Sequence record: OM634661.1
DNA length: 64,000 nucleotides
Reading direction: 5' to 3' (one strand)
Shown here piece by piece: positions 19,733-28,430 of the stretch (position 1 is its first letter; each line of letters opens with the position of its first letter). The notes below the pieces were generated by a model. It was given only the letters and a program-made list of their open reading frames with translations. It was not told the origin of the DNA and did no database searches. The position numbers and the translations under genes were made by a program.

Positions 19733-20176
19733 TTAAATGAAATCGTCCTCTTGATCAATAGAGGGCAATGCAACAGGTTTAGTGGAATTAATTTTTGAAA
19801 CAAAAAGAGTATTTTTTCTAACTTTCTGTGTGTAAATAGAAAGAATATCAGTAGAATAATGTACAAAATAACGTTTAATATTTCCTGAATCATTTTTTAC
19901 TTGAGCTAATAATGTATTTGAAGAATATTCTGGTATAAAAAGATTTACGTTTAAGTCAGATACTTTCTCAATTGAATTAACATGATCAATGATAGATTGA
20001 AAACGAGCGCTGTAAGATTCTTGAGTTTCTTCTAATAACCAAAAATCTGACATGACTGCTGCATTAGATGCTGTGTATCCTACATCTATAAGCTTGTTAT
20101 TCAATTCTTCTTTATTTAAATTTTCAAAATCTGTTTGAAGTTGTTGAGTCAAATTAAACTCCTCCTTATTAGTCAA
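19733..20176 (-). CDS. Unknown 147-aa protein inside the Ubl cassette
   Basis: ORF directly downstream of the poly-Ubl gene. Confidence 0.75.
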   Translation of the reverse strand: MTNKEEFNLTQQLQTDFENLNKEELNNKLIDVGYTASNAAVMSDFWLLEETQESYSARFQSIIDHVNSIEKVSDLNVNLFIPEYSSNTLLAQVKNDSGNIKRYFVHYSTDILSIYTQKVRKNTLFVSKINSTKPVALPSIDQEDDFI

Positions 20177-20185
20177 TTCATGAAA

Positions 20186-20223
20186 GGCAAGAAGATGTGT
20201 ATAAATACAAGCCTCTTCCTGCC
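20186..20223 (-). terminator. Hairpin downstream of the poly-Ubl gene (terminator, attenuator or stabiliser)
   Basis: GGCAGGAAGA/TCTTCTTGCC 10-bp stem with one G-U pair. Confidence 0.5.
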
Positions 20224-20258
20224 CTTTTGTATCAACTAATCAATTTTTTTGAAATGAA

Positions 20259-20966
20259 TTACTTTACAACGATGCGTGGCATACCTTTAACTCCAGCTTT
20301 CACTTCGAAAGTAATTGTATCACCTTCTACAGTTGCTGTTGCATTTTCTAATTCTGGATAGAATTTGCTAAACTCTTCTTGAATTTCTTTAACAGTTAGC
20401 TCATCATTATCAATTTTTAATTCGTTAGTACCGTATTTCACAGTACGAGCCATACCTTTAACTCCAGCTTTTACCTCGAAAGTAATTGTGTCGCCATCGA
20501 CTGTTGCTGTTGCATTCTCAAGTTCAGGGTAAAATTTACTGAACTCTTCTTGAATCTCTTTAACTGTCAATTCATCGTTGTCAATTTTTAATTCATTAGT
20601 ACCATATTTTACTGTACGTGCCATGCCCTTCACTCCCGCTTTCACTTCAAATGTAATTGTATCTCCATCAACAGTAGCTGTCGCATTTTCTAGTTCAGGG
20701 TAGAATTTGCTGAATTCCTCCTGAATTTCCTTAACAGTTAATTCATCATTATCAATTTTAAGTTCATTAGTGCCATACTTTACTGTGCGTGCCATACCTT
20801 TAACCCCCGCCTTTACCTCAAATGTAATTGTATTTCCTTCTACAGTTGCTGTTGCATTTTCAAGTTCTGGATAGAATTTAGTGAACTCTTGTTGGATTTC
20901 CTCAACTGTCAACTCGTCATTATCAATTTTCAATTCGTTAGTACCGTATTTTACTGTTCTTGTCAT
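20259..20966 (-). CDS. Polyubiquitin-like precursor: 4 x 57-aa Prok_Ub (PRTRC protein C-like) units plus MPRIVVK tail, 235 aa
   Basis: Units M[TA]RTVKYG...FYPELENATATV[ED]G.TITFEVKAGVKG; YPEL..A..EG..TF...G.KG signature; start at MTRTVK after GGAGG RBS. Confidence 0.92.
   Translation of the reverse strand: MTRTVKYGTNELKIDNDELTVEEIQQEFTKFYPELENATATVEGNTITFEVKAGVKGMARTVKYGTNELKIDNDELTVKEIQEEFSKFYPELENATATVDGDTITFEVKAGVKGMARTVKYGTNELKIDNDELTVKEIQEEFSKFYPELENATATVDGDTITFEVKAGVKGMARTVKYGTNELKIDNDELTVKEIQEEFSKFYPELENATATVEGDTITFEVKAGVKGMPRIVVK
20283..20966 (-). repeat. Four tandem 171-bp coding repeats (20796-20966, 20625-20795, 20454-20624, 20283-20453)
   Basis: ATG codons at exact 171-nt spacing; many synonymous differences between units. 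Confidence 0.95.
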
Positions 20967-21105
20967 TATAAATTCCTCCGATATAATAAGTTTTTTTTTG
21001 TAAATCATTATTTTATGATGTCTTTATCTAAGAAGACTATATATTAGAATGAGATAAATCACAGATCTCTTCGATCAATCACCCCCTTAAGCTAATAAAA
21101 ATTAT

Positions 21106-21936
21106 TTAATCATCATAATCTACTTCATCATCATCGTCATCGTGACCTTGCTCCATTCTTTGCCTTTGATCAATAACTAATTTGCTTAATTCCTCATCAT
21201 CAATCTCAAGTAACGAATAAATCTTATTCGTCAGTTCATGAGAATTGTAGTCTAAAAGATAAGACTTGATTAATTTCCAATTGATTCCATCATCATCAAG
21301 ATTAACAAAATTGTCAATTTTCTCTTGAAGATCTTTATCAATTGTTAATCCATATTTTAAAGAAAAACGGATTGATCTAAGAAAACGATTTGTTGTTAAT
21401 GTCTTTTTACTTGTAAAATCTGTTTCTCTTAATATTTTATTTTCCAAATCACTTAAAGATTGTTTTGTACAATACATTTTCTTTAAGAATGGAGAATAAG
21501 AAAATTGATTAATTGTAAAATCAAAATGATGCGGTGGTGTCATATAAGAATTGCTATTCAAATAAGGTTGTTTTTCAAGATCTTTTTCTGATATATGTTC
21601 ATGGTTCTTAGAAAATATATTGAAAGATAAATATGATGAATCAAAAGGGTTATTGTAAATAAGATCCTTCTCTTTATAAGAATTTTTTGATTGAAAAACA
21701 GGTGTATATTCACTTGTTCGAATATATTCATAAATGTTTGAACCATTTGGATGAATAAGATCTACATCATTAAATTCAAATCCTAATAAATGATCCCTAA
21801 CAAATCCACCAACAATCACAAACTTTTCTTTTGAACCACCTCCATTGTTGCTTAATATTAAAAAATCTAAATCATCAATAAGATTAATAACACTTGTTGG
21901 AATGTCAATTTCTATATCTTTTTCAAGATAAGTCAT
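21106..21936 (-). CDS. CCA-adding/poly(A) polymerase-like (class II) nucleotidyltransferase
   Basis: IVGGFVRDHLLG..FNDVDL, DFTINQ, D.ENKILR, RFLRSIRFSLKYG. Confidence 0.85.
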   Translation of the reverse strand: MTYLEKDIEIDIPTSVINLIDDLDFLILSNNGGGSKEKFVIVGGFVRDHLLGFEFNDVDLIHPNGSNIYEYIRTSEYTPVFQSKNSYKEKDLIYNNPFDSSYLSFNIFSKNHEHISEKDLEKQPYLNSNSYMTPPHHFDFTINQFSYSPFLKKMYCTKQSLSDLENKILRETDFTSKKTLTTNRFLRSIRFSLKYGLTIDKDLQEKIDNFVNLDDDGINWKLIKSYLLDYNSHELTNKIYSLLEIDDEELSKLVIDQRQRMEQGHDDDDDEVDYDD

Positions 21937-21965
21937 GAGTTACCTCCAGTTCCTTCTAAGTAATT

Positions 21966-22556
21966 CTACTTAGAATTTTCAATATGATCTTTTACAAGAA
22001 GAATCATCTCATCTTGTGCTTGCAACATAAATTCATTTCCTTGTTCAATATTTCTTGCAATCTGATTCATCTTAGGAACATCTTCACTATCTAAAGCTTT
22101 AGGAAGATCTTTAGGAATATGCTCATATTTATCAGATGCTTTCATCATATATTTATGAACATTTTTAAATTTACTAGGAACATCTTTTTTATCTCGACCA
22201 TCATCTACAAGAGTTTGAATATCAGTTAAATTATCAATAAGTGATAAACTCCATTCTTCATCTTCTAAATTAGGTGTTTCCAAAAGAGTAGAGAATTTAA
22301 GTAATGCAATAGAATAATCTTGAGCATATGTTTCAAGCCAAGCAGCATATTCTTCTTCTTGTTTAGTCACTTTAGCTGCTTCTTTTTTCTTATCTGTTTT
22401 TAATGTGTCAACTGGTTTTGCTGATGCCTCTTTAGAAGTTGGAACATCTTTCGTATCTTTTGGATCATTCGTTTTTCCTGTACAAGCATTAATAAGAACG
22501 ATTAAAAGAACAAGAAGAATAAATCCCCAAAAAACATTTTTTAAACAACCTTTCAT
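21966..22556 (-). CDS. Putative lipoprotein or membrane-anchored exported protein
   Basis: Hydrophobic N-terminus ending LINAC, Lys-rich linker, helical domain. Confidence 0.7.
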   Translation of the reverse strand: MKGCLKNVFWGFILLVLLIVLINACTGKTNDPKDTKDVPTSKEASAKPVDTLKTDKKKEAAKVTKQEEEYAAWLETYAQDYSIALLKFSTLLETPNLEDEEWSLSLIDNLTDIQTLVDDGRDKKDVPSKFKNVHKYMMKASDKYEHIPKDLPKALDSEDVPKMNQIARNIEQGNEFMLQAQDEMILLVKDHIENSK

Positions 22557-22567
22557 TTCGTTTCCCC

Positions 22568-23194
22568 CTAAATAGTAAATGTAATATTTTTTTGTTTTAA
22601 AAAGTGTAAGATTAAAGCTGATGCAATCATTTGTGACAAAGAAATAACTTCAGAAAGTCGTACATTTTGAAGTGACAATGAAGTTAAAAATGAGCTTGAA
22701 TCATAAAAAACTAAAGGACAAGAAATGGAAAAATCACCTATACTGTCAACTTCTTTATTAAGTCCTGATCCTGGTTGAATACCTTCATTTTTCAAAAAAA
22801 CTTTACCAATAAAATTAGGTGGAAAAGTGTCTGTAAGAACACTAGAATCAATTGAAAATTGATATTGATATTGACCTTTGATTTCTTCTATTCTTTGAGC
22901 CATGTTTTCAAAATGAAGAGGATTATGAATGGTTCCAAGAACATTGAATCCATACTGACTTAAAAAGTGACCAACAAAAGGGCCAAGAGAGTCACCAGTT
23001 GACCTATCAGTTCCAAAAGCAAGAAAGACAGTGTTATCAATTGTCATATCTTTAGGTAAATTACTTTTTAGATGCCTTCTCAACTCTTTTAAGCTTGAGG
23101 AGCATTTGTTTATTTTCTTTTGGGAAGATGTAATGTTTTTCTGTGAGATGAGAACATCTCGGACATTCTCCAATTTCTGAAACATACTGAGCAC
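22568..23194 (-). CDS. yyaC: YyaC-like spore protease (DUF1256)
   Basis: FGTDRSTGDSLGPFVG, VLGTIHNPLH, IDS, I.PGSGLNK....IGD.SI. Confidence 0.85.
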   Translation of the reverse strand: MLSMFQKLENVRDVLISQKNITSSQKKINKCSSSLKELRRHLKSNLPKDMTIDNTVFLAFGTDRSTGDSLGPFVGHFLSQYGFNVLGTIHNPLHFENMAQRIEEIKGQYQYQFSIDSSVLTDTFPPNFIGKVFLKNEGIQPGSGLNKEVDSIGDFSISCPLVFYDSSSFLTSLSLQNVRLSEVISLSQMIASALILHFLKQKNITFTI

Positions 23195-23226
23195 CCCTTG
23201 GGTCCTGACAAACAGGACAACTATAT

Positions 23227-24294
23227 TTATTCACAGCTATCACTCAAATCTTTGTAAGATTTAATATAATAATTCCAACTATGATTAAAAACAGATTCAA
23301 CATCTAATTCTAAATCAAGCTCTATGAAATGAATTGTAAAGTTCAACATAGGAATAGATTCAGAATTCAAATAAACGTCTGTGAAATTTTTAGTAATGAT
23401 AGTTCCTATATGTTCAATACCATCTATTTCAGAGATAGCATCAGTAATGATTTTCTGAACACTTTTTGGATCAAAATAATACTTGGCTTCTAGAATTTTT
23501 GAATGCAAAACATCAGGATCTCCAGAAGCAAATAAGTCTGTATTAGGTAATTCAGAGAAATAATCAATTAAGACTTCTTTAGTTTGCTTCATCTTGTTCT
23601 CCTTTTCTTTATCTAGTAGCATTAAGTGGATTGCAAGAGATCCATCTATAATCCATGTTTTAAGCATAGGAATGTATCCAGATGGATAAGTGAATGTACA
23701 TGTTGATAAATTAGGAATGTAAGGACCGTCTTGATTGTCTTGATAATAACCTTGTATTTTAATCCTATCATCTGAGCTTGTGGCATAATGTATATAAGCT
23801 GATGATCCAGTATCATTTAAAAAGTAAAATTCATGATCATTATCAATATCACCAAGATCAATATTTTCATAATACTGAATTTCATCATTATCAGGTATTA
23901 AAACAGGTTCTACCCATTCAGTATTTTTATGATCTTCTTTTTCAAGATAAGACATAGTGAGTTCATGAATTTCATTGTCAGATAAATGTTCATTTTCTTG
24001 ATTTGAAATCGTTTTTTTGAATTCACTAAATAAATCTTGAAAAGCATCTAACATTGATTCAGTTAAAAGATCATGTTCTTCTAATTCATGATAAATAGAC
24101 TTTAATTTTTCATATGAGATACCAGTAGTGTTTTCTTTTCCATCATAACCATAATATCTACCATCATCGTCAACTAGGCAGGTAGATCCATTAAAACACA
24201 TGTTGTTATTTTCAAGGGTTAGAAGAAAATGGTCTAAAGTAATATCATCATTATCTTCCCAAGAAATTAATCCCGATACATCAAGATGTTTCAT
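23227..24294 (-). CDS. Hypothetical acidic protein, 355 aa
   Basis: Long ORF with RBS; possible internal in-frame start at MKQTKE (AAGGAG-6nt-ATG). Confidence 0.75.
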   Translation of the reverse strand: MKHLDVSGLISWEDNDDITLDHFLLTLENNNMCFNGSTCLVDDDGRYYGYDGKENTTGISYEKLKSIYHELEEHDLLTESMLDAFQDLFSEFKKTISNQENEHLSDNEIHELTMSYLEKEDHKNTEWVEPVLIPDNDEIQYYENIDLGDIDNDHEFYFLNDTGSSAYIHYATSSDDRIKIQGYYQDNQDGPYIPNLSTCTFTYPSGYIPMLKTWIIDGSLAIHLMLLDKEKENKMKQTKEVLIDYFSELPNTDLFASGDPDVLHSKILEAKYYFDPKSVQKIITDAISEIDGIEHIGTIITKNFTDVYLNSESIPMLNFTIHFIELDLELDVESVFNHSWNYYIKSYKDLSDSCE

Positions 24295-24308
24295 AAAAAA
24301 ACTCCTTT

Positions 24309-24701
24309 CTAACTGTTATACATATTATCTTTTTTGTCATGATTATCTAGAATTCTTCTTAATTGTTCAAATTCATATGAAATGATTTCTTTTAATTTTG
24401 GGTCAGCATCCTTAAGAGCATGTTGAATAGTATGGGTAAATTCTCTAGCTCTTTTAATACGTCTTGCTTTTCTTCTAAGAATCTTTTCATTTTGAACAGT
24501 TTCTATAAATTCTTTTGCAAGAAGATCTGCTGTCTTAGCTCTTTGAATAAGCCAATTTAAGTCATTTTCTGCATCTTCCATCTGTAGAATCTGTCCGCCT
24601 GTCCAATATTCTCTGTCGATGTAATATATTTCACCAAATGTATCTAATCTTTCCTCGATACGCTTGATAATTTGATCATTAGTTTCAATTGTCTCACCCA
24701 T
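24309..24701 (-). CDS. Hypothetical protein, 130 aa
   Basis: ORF with AAAGGGTG RBS. Confidence 0.7.
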   Translation of the reverse strand: MGETIETNDQIIKRIEERLDTFGEIYYIDREYWTGGQILQMEDAENDLNWLIQRAKTADLLAKEFIETVQNEKILRRKARRIKRAREFTHTIQHALKDADPKLKEIISYEFEQLRRILDNHDKKDNMYNS

Positions 24702-24756
24702 ACTATCACCCTTTCAGATTTGATCAAATATAGTTATTTATTTCTATAAAAAGAAA

Positions 24757-25086
24757 TTATTTTGTTTCAGTAAGATCGACAAAACCTAAGTTTTTTAGTA
24801 TGAGAGTAAATTCTTTTGGTTGTATATGCTCCTTATTGTTCAAAGCTTCAATAACATCAATAAATTGATTTAAAATTGAGAATGCATCACTAAATACTTT
24901 AATCCTAGCAAATGATTCTCCATGTATATTGATCCATTCCATTTGGATTTCACCAGATGTACTTCCGTCAGAATGATAAAATCCAAATGTTACTGCATCT
25001 TCTATGTCTTTCTTTTTTAAAATAGCTTGAGCATATCTTGCTTTTGATAAATGATGAAAACCTCTCTGTAACATGTTAATAACCAC
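24757..25086 (-). CDS. Hypothetical protein, about 109 aa
   Basis: ORF with AAAGGTGG RBS. Confidence 0.65.
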   Translation of the reverse strand: MVINMLQRGFHHLSKARYAQAILKKKDIEDAVTFGFYHSDGSTSGEIQMEWINIHGESFARIKVFSDAFSILNQFIDVIEALNNKEHIQPKEFTLILKNLGFVDLTETK

Positions 25087-25114
25087 CTTTCATTTCAAAT
25101 TTTATTATGTAAAA

Positions 25115-25137
25115 AGAGAGACATAAGCCTCTCTCTT
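25115..25137 (-). terminator. Intrinsic terminator
   Basis: AGAGAGGC-TTAT-GTCTCTCT followed by a T run. Confidence 0.6.
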
Positions 25138-25164
25138 CAAATTTTTTATATCATTATGTTTAAA

Positions 25165-25509
25165 TTATTCTTTTGAATCATTTTTCTCTGAATCTTTATT
25201 ATTAAAAAGATCATTAATGAGTTTAGAATAATTTTCAGGATCAAGAATATTACTTAAATGAGTAAAAGGTTTAAAGGATGGATCTCCATTTGATTTTTCA
25301 GTTGATTCAAACTTCATATGTTCAAAAGGATCATATTTCATTTGTTCAAACAAATTAGGACTGAATTTAAGTTCTGGGAATGTTACAGGACTAGAACTTT
25401 TTAATACAGAAGATGGATCAAGGTCAATTTCAATATCATCAATATCTACTTGACTCTCTTTTGTTTTAATAGAAATACTTTTAATTTTAATATTCAATAT
25501 AATGTCCAC
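25165..25509 (-). CDS. Hypothetical protein, 114 aa
   Basis: ORF with GTG start. Confidence 0.55.
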   Translation of the reverse strand: MDIILNIKIKSISIKTKESQVDIDDIEIDLDPSSVLKSSSPVTFPELKFSPNLFEQMKYDPFEHMKFESTEKSNGDPSFKPFTHLSNILDPENYSKLINDLFNNKDSEKNDSKE

Positions 25510-25511
25510 CT

Positions 25512-25643
25512 TTATTTTGTGTATTTAGCATCAAGAGAATCCATGAGCTTCAAAACAGATTCAGCTGTTACGTCTTTTTTATAAACAAGATCTTCAACTA
25601 ATGATTCACGAAGAGAAGACCACTTCTTTTGAGAACTATTCAT
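25512..25643 (-). CDS. Small ORF, 43 aa (MNSSQKKWSSLRESLVEDLVYKK...)
   Basis: GAGGTG RBS; fills the gap between neighbours; hand-translated. Confidence 0.6.
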   Translation of the reverse strand: MNSSQKKWSSLRESLVEDLVYKKDVTAESVLKLMDSLDAKYTK

Positions 25644-25653
25644 AAAGTTCACC

Positions 25654-25908
25654 TCATTTAACTTTTTGCTCAAAATCCATCATGGTTAAAACAGGTTCTA
25701 AAGCATTGATCTTTGGATAAGATACAGATACTGAAACAGCGTCACAATGAGTGCATTTTAAAACATCTCCAATAACTTCAACACCAAGACCAGTTTTGTC
25801 ATCAATGTAATCGAGGACTTCATGAGATCCAACAGTAAAGCATTCTGGACATTGACCATCACTCTCTTCATATTTTTCAGCATTGATAAAGTAAACAGGT
25901 TCTGCCAT
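25654..25908 (-). CDS. Zinc-ribbon protein
   Basis: CPEC...CTHC; AAGGAGGTG RBS. Confidence 0.75.
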   Translation of the reverse strand: MAEPVYFINAEKYEESDGQCPECFTVGSHEVLDYIDDKTGLGVEVIGDVLKCTHCDAVSVSVSYPKINALEPVLTMMDFEQKVK

Positions 25909-26433
25909 ATAAAAGTCACCTCCTTATGATAAATCATGTAAGAAAAAAATCATAGATATTTCTTAAAAAAGATCAAAATTATGACCAGGTACTAAATATT
26001 TTAGTATCAGGTACTAAAAAATCAGTCAGTATGTCATTAAATGACAACTTCATATCACATTTTATAAGTGAAATCAATACATTTATTGTGACAATCTTGT
26101 GAACGCATTGAAGTCAGTCATACCAATGGTTCTAAGATTTTCTGAATATTGTCAATAAAAAAACTTTATTTATTTTTTGAAGTGATGTGTAAAATGGACC
26201 TTTTTCTCCTTTTTATTATATATAGAGACACTTTTTCTAAGAAAACCGCATTTAGAAAGTGTTTTGAACTTAATGTTTTTTAAAAAAGAAGTAAAACACC
26301 ACCCAAGAAGTTGATTAGTAAGACAATGCTTAGTATTCAATTCTTAATGAATAAGAGAGAAAAATACACAGTCAGTTGATATATAATACTTTGATTGGGG
26401 AGTCTATGCATTTTTAGCAATGCATGAATGTCT

Positions 26434-27039
26434 TTAATCACTCACTGTATTCATTTGATCATACTGAATATGTGTATAAGGACCATGATCTTTAAAGAAA
26501 TGAGCAGCAAGATTAGTTGTAGAATCATCTAAATGGATGACAGGTAAATCTTGAATGCATCTAATGTCTGGATTACTCTTTAAGAATCTATAAAAGTCAT
26601 AAGCAGTTTCTTTAATGAATAAAAACATATCGTTTGAGTAAATTTCTTGATGTGTATACATCTTAGTAAGTCTATGAGTAATAAGTTTAAGATGAGAGTA
26701 ATGTTCATTCAAATGTGATCTAAAATCAGTAAGCATATCTTCATTGGTTGAAATGTAGAAAGCAGCTTTATACGGATCATGCATTTTGTGAACATCATAT
26801 CTAGGATCTTGATACAAGATTAATGCGTGATAATGTATATCTGGAGATGGTTCATGGATAATGTCATGATTATGAATATCAACCTCTGTAAACATCATAG
26901 AAGGTTCACTGTGATTAAGAATCTGAATCCTTGAGTAAGACTCTCTGCTTTCAATAACAACTCCTGATGAGCCTACAAACGCCTCATAACCCATATGCTT
27001 AGAGAAACTGTCGCCAATAGATACAAATTTATTTAGCAT
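26434..27039 (-). CDS. Hypothetical protein, 201 aa
   Basis: AAAGGAGG RBS; overlaps the stop of the sigma gene. Confidence 0.7.
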   Translation of the reverse strand: MLNKFVSIGDSFSKHMGYEAFVGSSGVVIESRESYSRIQILNHSEPSMMFTEVDIHNHDIIHEPSPDIHYHALILYQDPRYDVHKMHDPYKAAFYISTNEDMLTDFRSHLNEHYSHLKLITHRLTKMYTHQEIYSNDMFLFIKETAYDFYRFLKSNPDIRCIQDLPVIHLDDSTTNLAAHFFKDHGPYTHIQYDQMNTVSD

Positions 27040-28045
27040 GAGCTAATCCTCCTTTGTTTTTACCACGCATAAGAACTTCAGATTTTCTCTGGTTAGAAAG
27101 TTTTTTTCTTAATTCAGGTGAACGAACAGCTTTTCCAATATGTTTTACACGATCATAATCAAGATTGTTTCTTTTTGAAATATCTACATAAGAATCTGTT
27201 GTGTCTCTAATATCATAAAATGCATCAATCTCATTTTGTGACTTTAAAATAGGATTCCTGTTTCCGAAAGTGTTCATTATTTTTAAACCACGATCAACTT
27301 TGATTAACTTTGGTTTATCCAAATCTTCTTTGATTTTCACATCATAAAAATCATAATATTTCTTTTTAATGTTTTTTCTTATAACACCTATATATTGAGC
27401 GCTAATATTAAGCTTTTTCCCAATTTGAACGAGATTCTCTCCCTGCATTAAAAGATTGACGACTTCTTTTTCACGTTTGGTTAACTGTTGGATGAATTCA
27501 TCAAGATAAAGATGTGTATCATCATCGTTAAAACCAATAAAAGAAGAAAAATAAATGTTTTCCTCTTCATCTTTATTTTTCACAAGAAGATCTAATGAGT
27601 AAGGAACTCTGTTGTTAATGTAATCAATAGCAAACTTCACTAAATTTTTTGATACTTTCTTTTCACCAAATTTATTCTTACAAAGAATAAAAATTTCATC
27701 AATAGGAAGATAAACAACATCTTTAAGGTTAATGAAAGAAGCAATTTCTTTTACAAGAGGTGAATAGTTTAAAGATACATCATGAGATCTTAAGAATTTT
27801 GTAAACTCTTTCATCATTTGATACTCAAGATAAGTGGAGAAAGAAACATTTTTTCCATTTACATTAGGGACATATGTTTTATATGCGTTTATGAATCCTA
27901 TAGAACAAACTGAAAAAACATCATCTGTTTCCAAGAAATTATATGCCATAATCTGCTTCTTACGATGCATAAACTTGTAAATCAATCTCTTATTTTCTTC
28001 AAAATAATCTTCAAAAGGAACACCGATATGTTTATTGATCAGCAT
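27029..28045 (-). CDS. Sigma-70-family sigma factor-like protein with an extra C-terminal HTH
   Basis: Region 2 (NKRLIYK...DDVFSV.SIGFINAYKTY...FSTYL), region 4 (LTKREKEVVNLL.QGENLVQIGKKLNISAQYI). Confidence 0.8.
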   Translation of the reverse strand: MLINKHIGVPFEDYFEENKRLIYKFMHRKKQIMAYNFLETDDVFSVCSIGFINAYKTYVPNVNGKNVSFSTYLEYQMMKEFTKFLRSHDVSLNYSPLVKEIASFINLKDVVYLPIDEIFILCKNKFGEKKVSKNLVKFAIDYINNRVPYSLDLLVKNKDEEENIYFSSFIGFNDDDTHLYLDEFIQQLTKREKEVVNLLMQGENLVQIGKKLNISAQYIGVIRKNIKKKYYDFYDVKIKEDLDKPKLIKVDRGLKIMNTFGNRNPILKSQNEIDAFYDIRDTTDSYVDISKRNNLDYDRVKHIGKAVRSPELRKKLSNQRKSEVLMRGKNKGGLAHAK

Positions 28046-28051
28046 GACGTT

Positions 28052-28420
28052 TTACTCCTTCTTTCTTCTACTTTTCCAATAATCTTTTTGTTCGGACTGA
28101 GTGAGAACTTCATAATCATCATTTTCAAGAAACACCATAATTCCAAAACATTCATTGTGAATATCTACACCAAGTGGAATTTCAGGAGGGAAAGCAACAG
28201 CATTGTCTGTAGTAATAGGATTAAAGTAATCAATTAATTCTTCATCTCTATATCCAGTCCTCCTCTCTTCGTTCCTTTCTGCAAGCTCTTTTTCACGAGC
28301 TTTCGACATATCAATAATGTTGTGAACTCTAAGGATATCTCCATCCTTATAATTTTTATTTACATAAACTTTTAAACGAATTAAATCACCTTTTTTAGCA
28401 AGAGCAGAACAGAGCATCAT
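28052..28420 (-). CDS. Hypothetical protein, 122 aa
   Basis: GGAGG RBS. Confidence 0.7.
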   Translation of the reverse strand: MMLCSALAKKGDLIRLKVYVNKNYKDGDILRVHNIIDMSKAREKELAERNEERRTGYRDEELIDYFNPITTDNAVAFPPEIPLGVDIHNECFGIMVFLENDDYEVLTQSEQKDYWKSRRKKE

Positions 28421-28430
28421 AAACCTCCTG

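Noticed and set aside
20259-20285. GMPR at the Ubl-tail junction matches the first four residues of the SPbeta arbitrium peptide GMPRGA
   Set aside because: Only four residues match, the stand-alone copy lacks the Gly, there is no RGA end or secretion signal, and no AimR-like TPR receptor is visible in the window; most likely chance
20283-20966. Tandem DNA repeats as a possible CRISPR array or VNTR
   Set aside because: Repeats are 171-nt in-frame coding units with synonymous variation and no spacers
23227-24294. Possible artefactual fusion of two genes (internal AAGGAG-ATG at MKQTKE)
   Set aside because: The frame is cleanly open and I cannot locate an indel; kept only as a note on the feature
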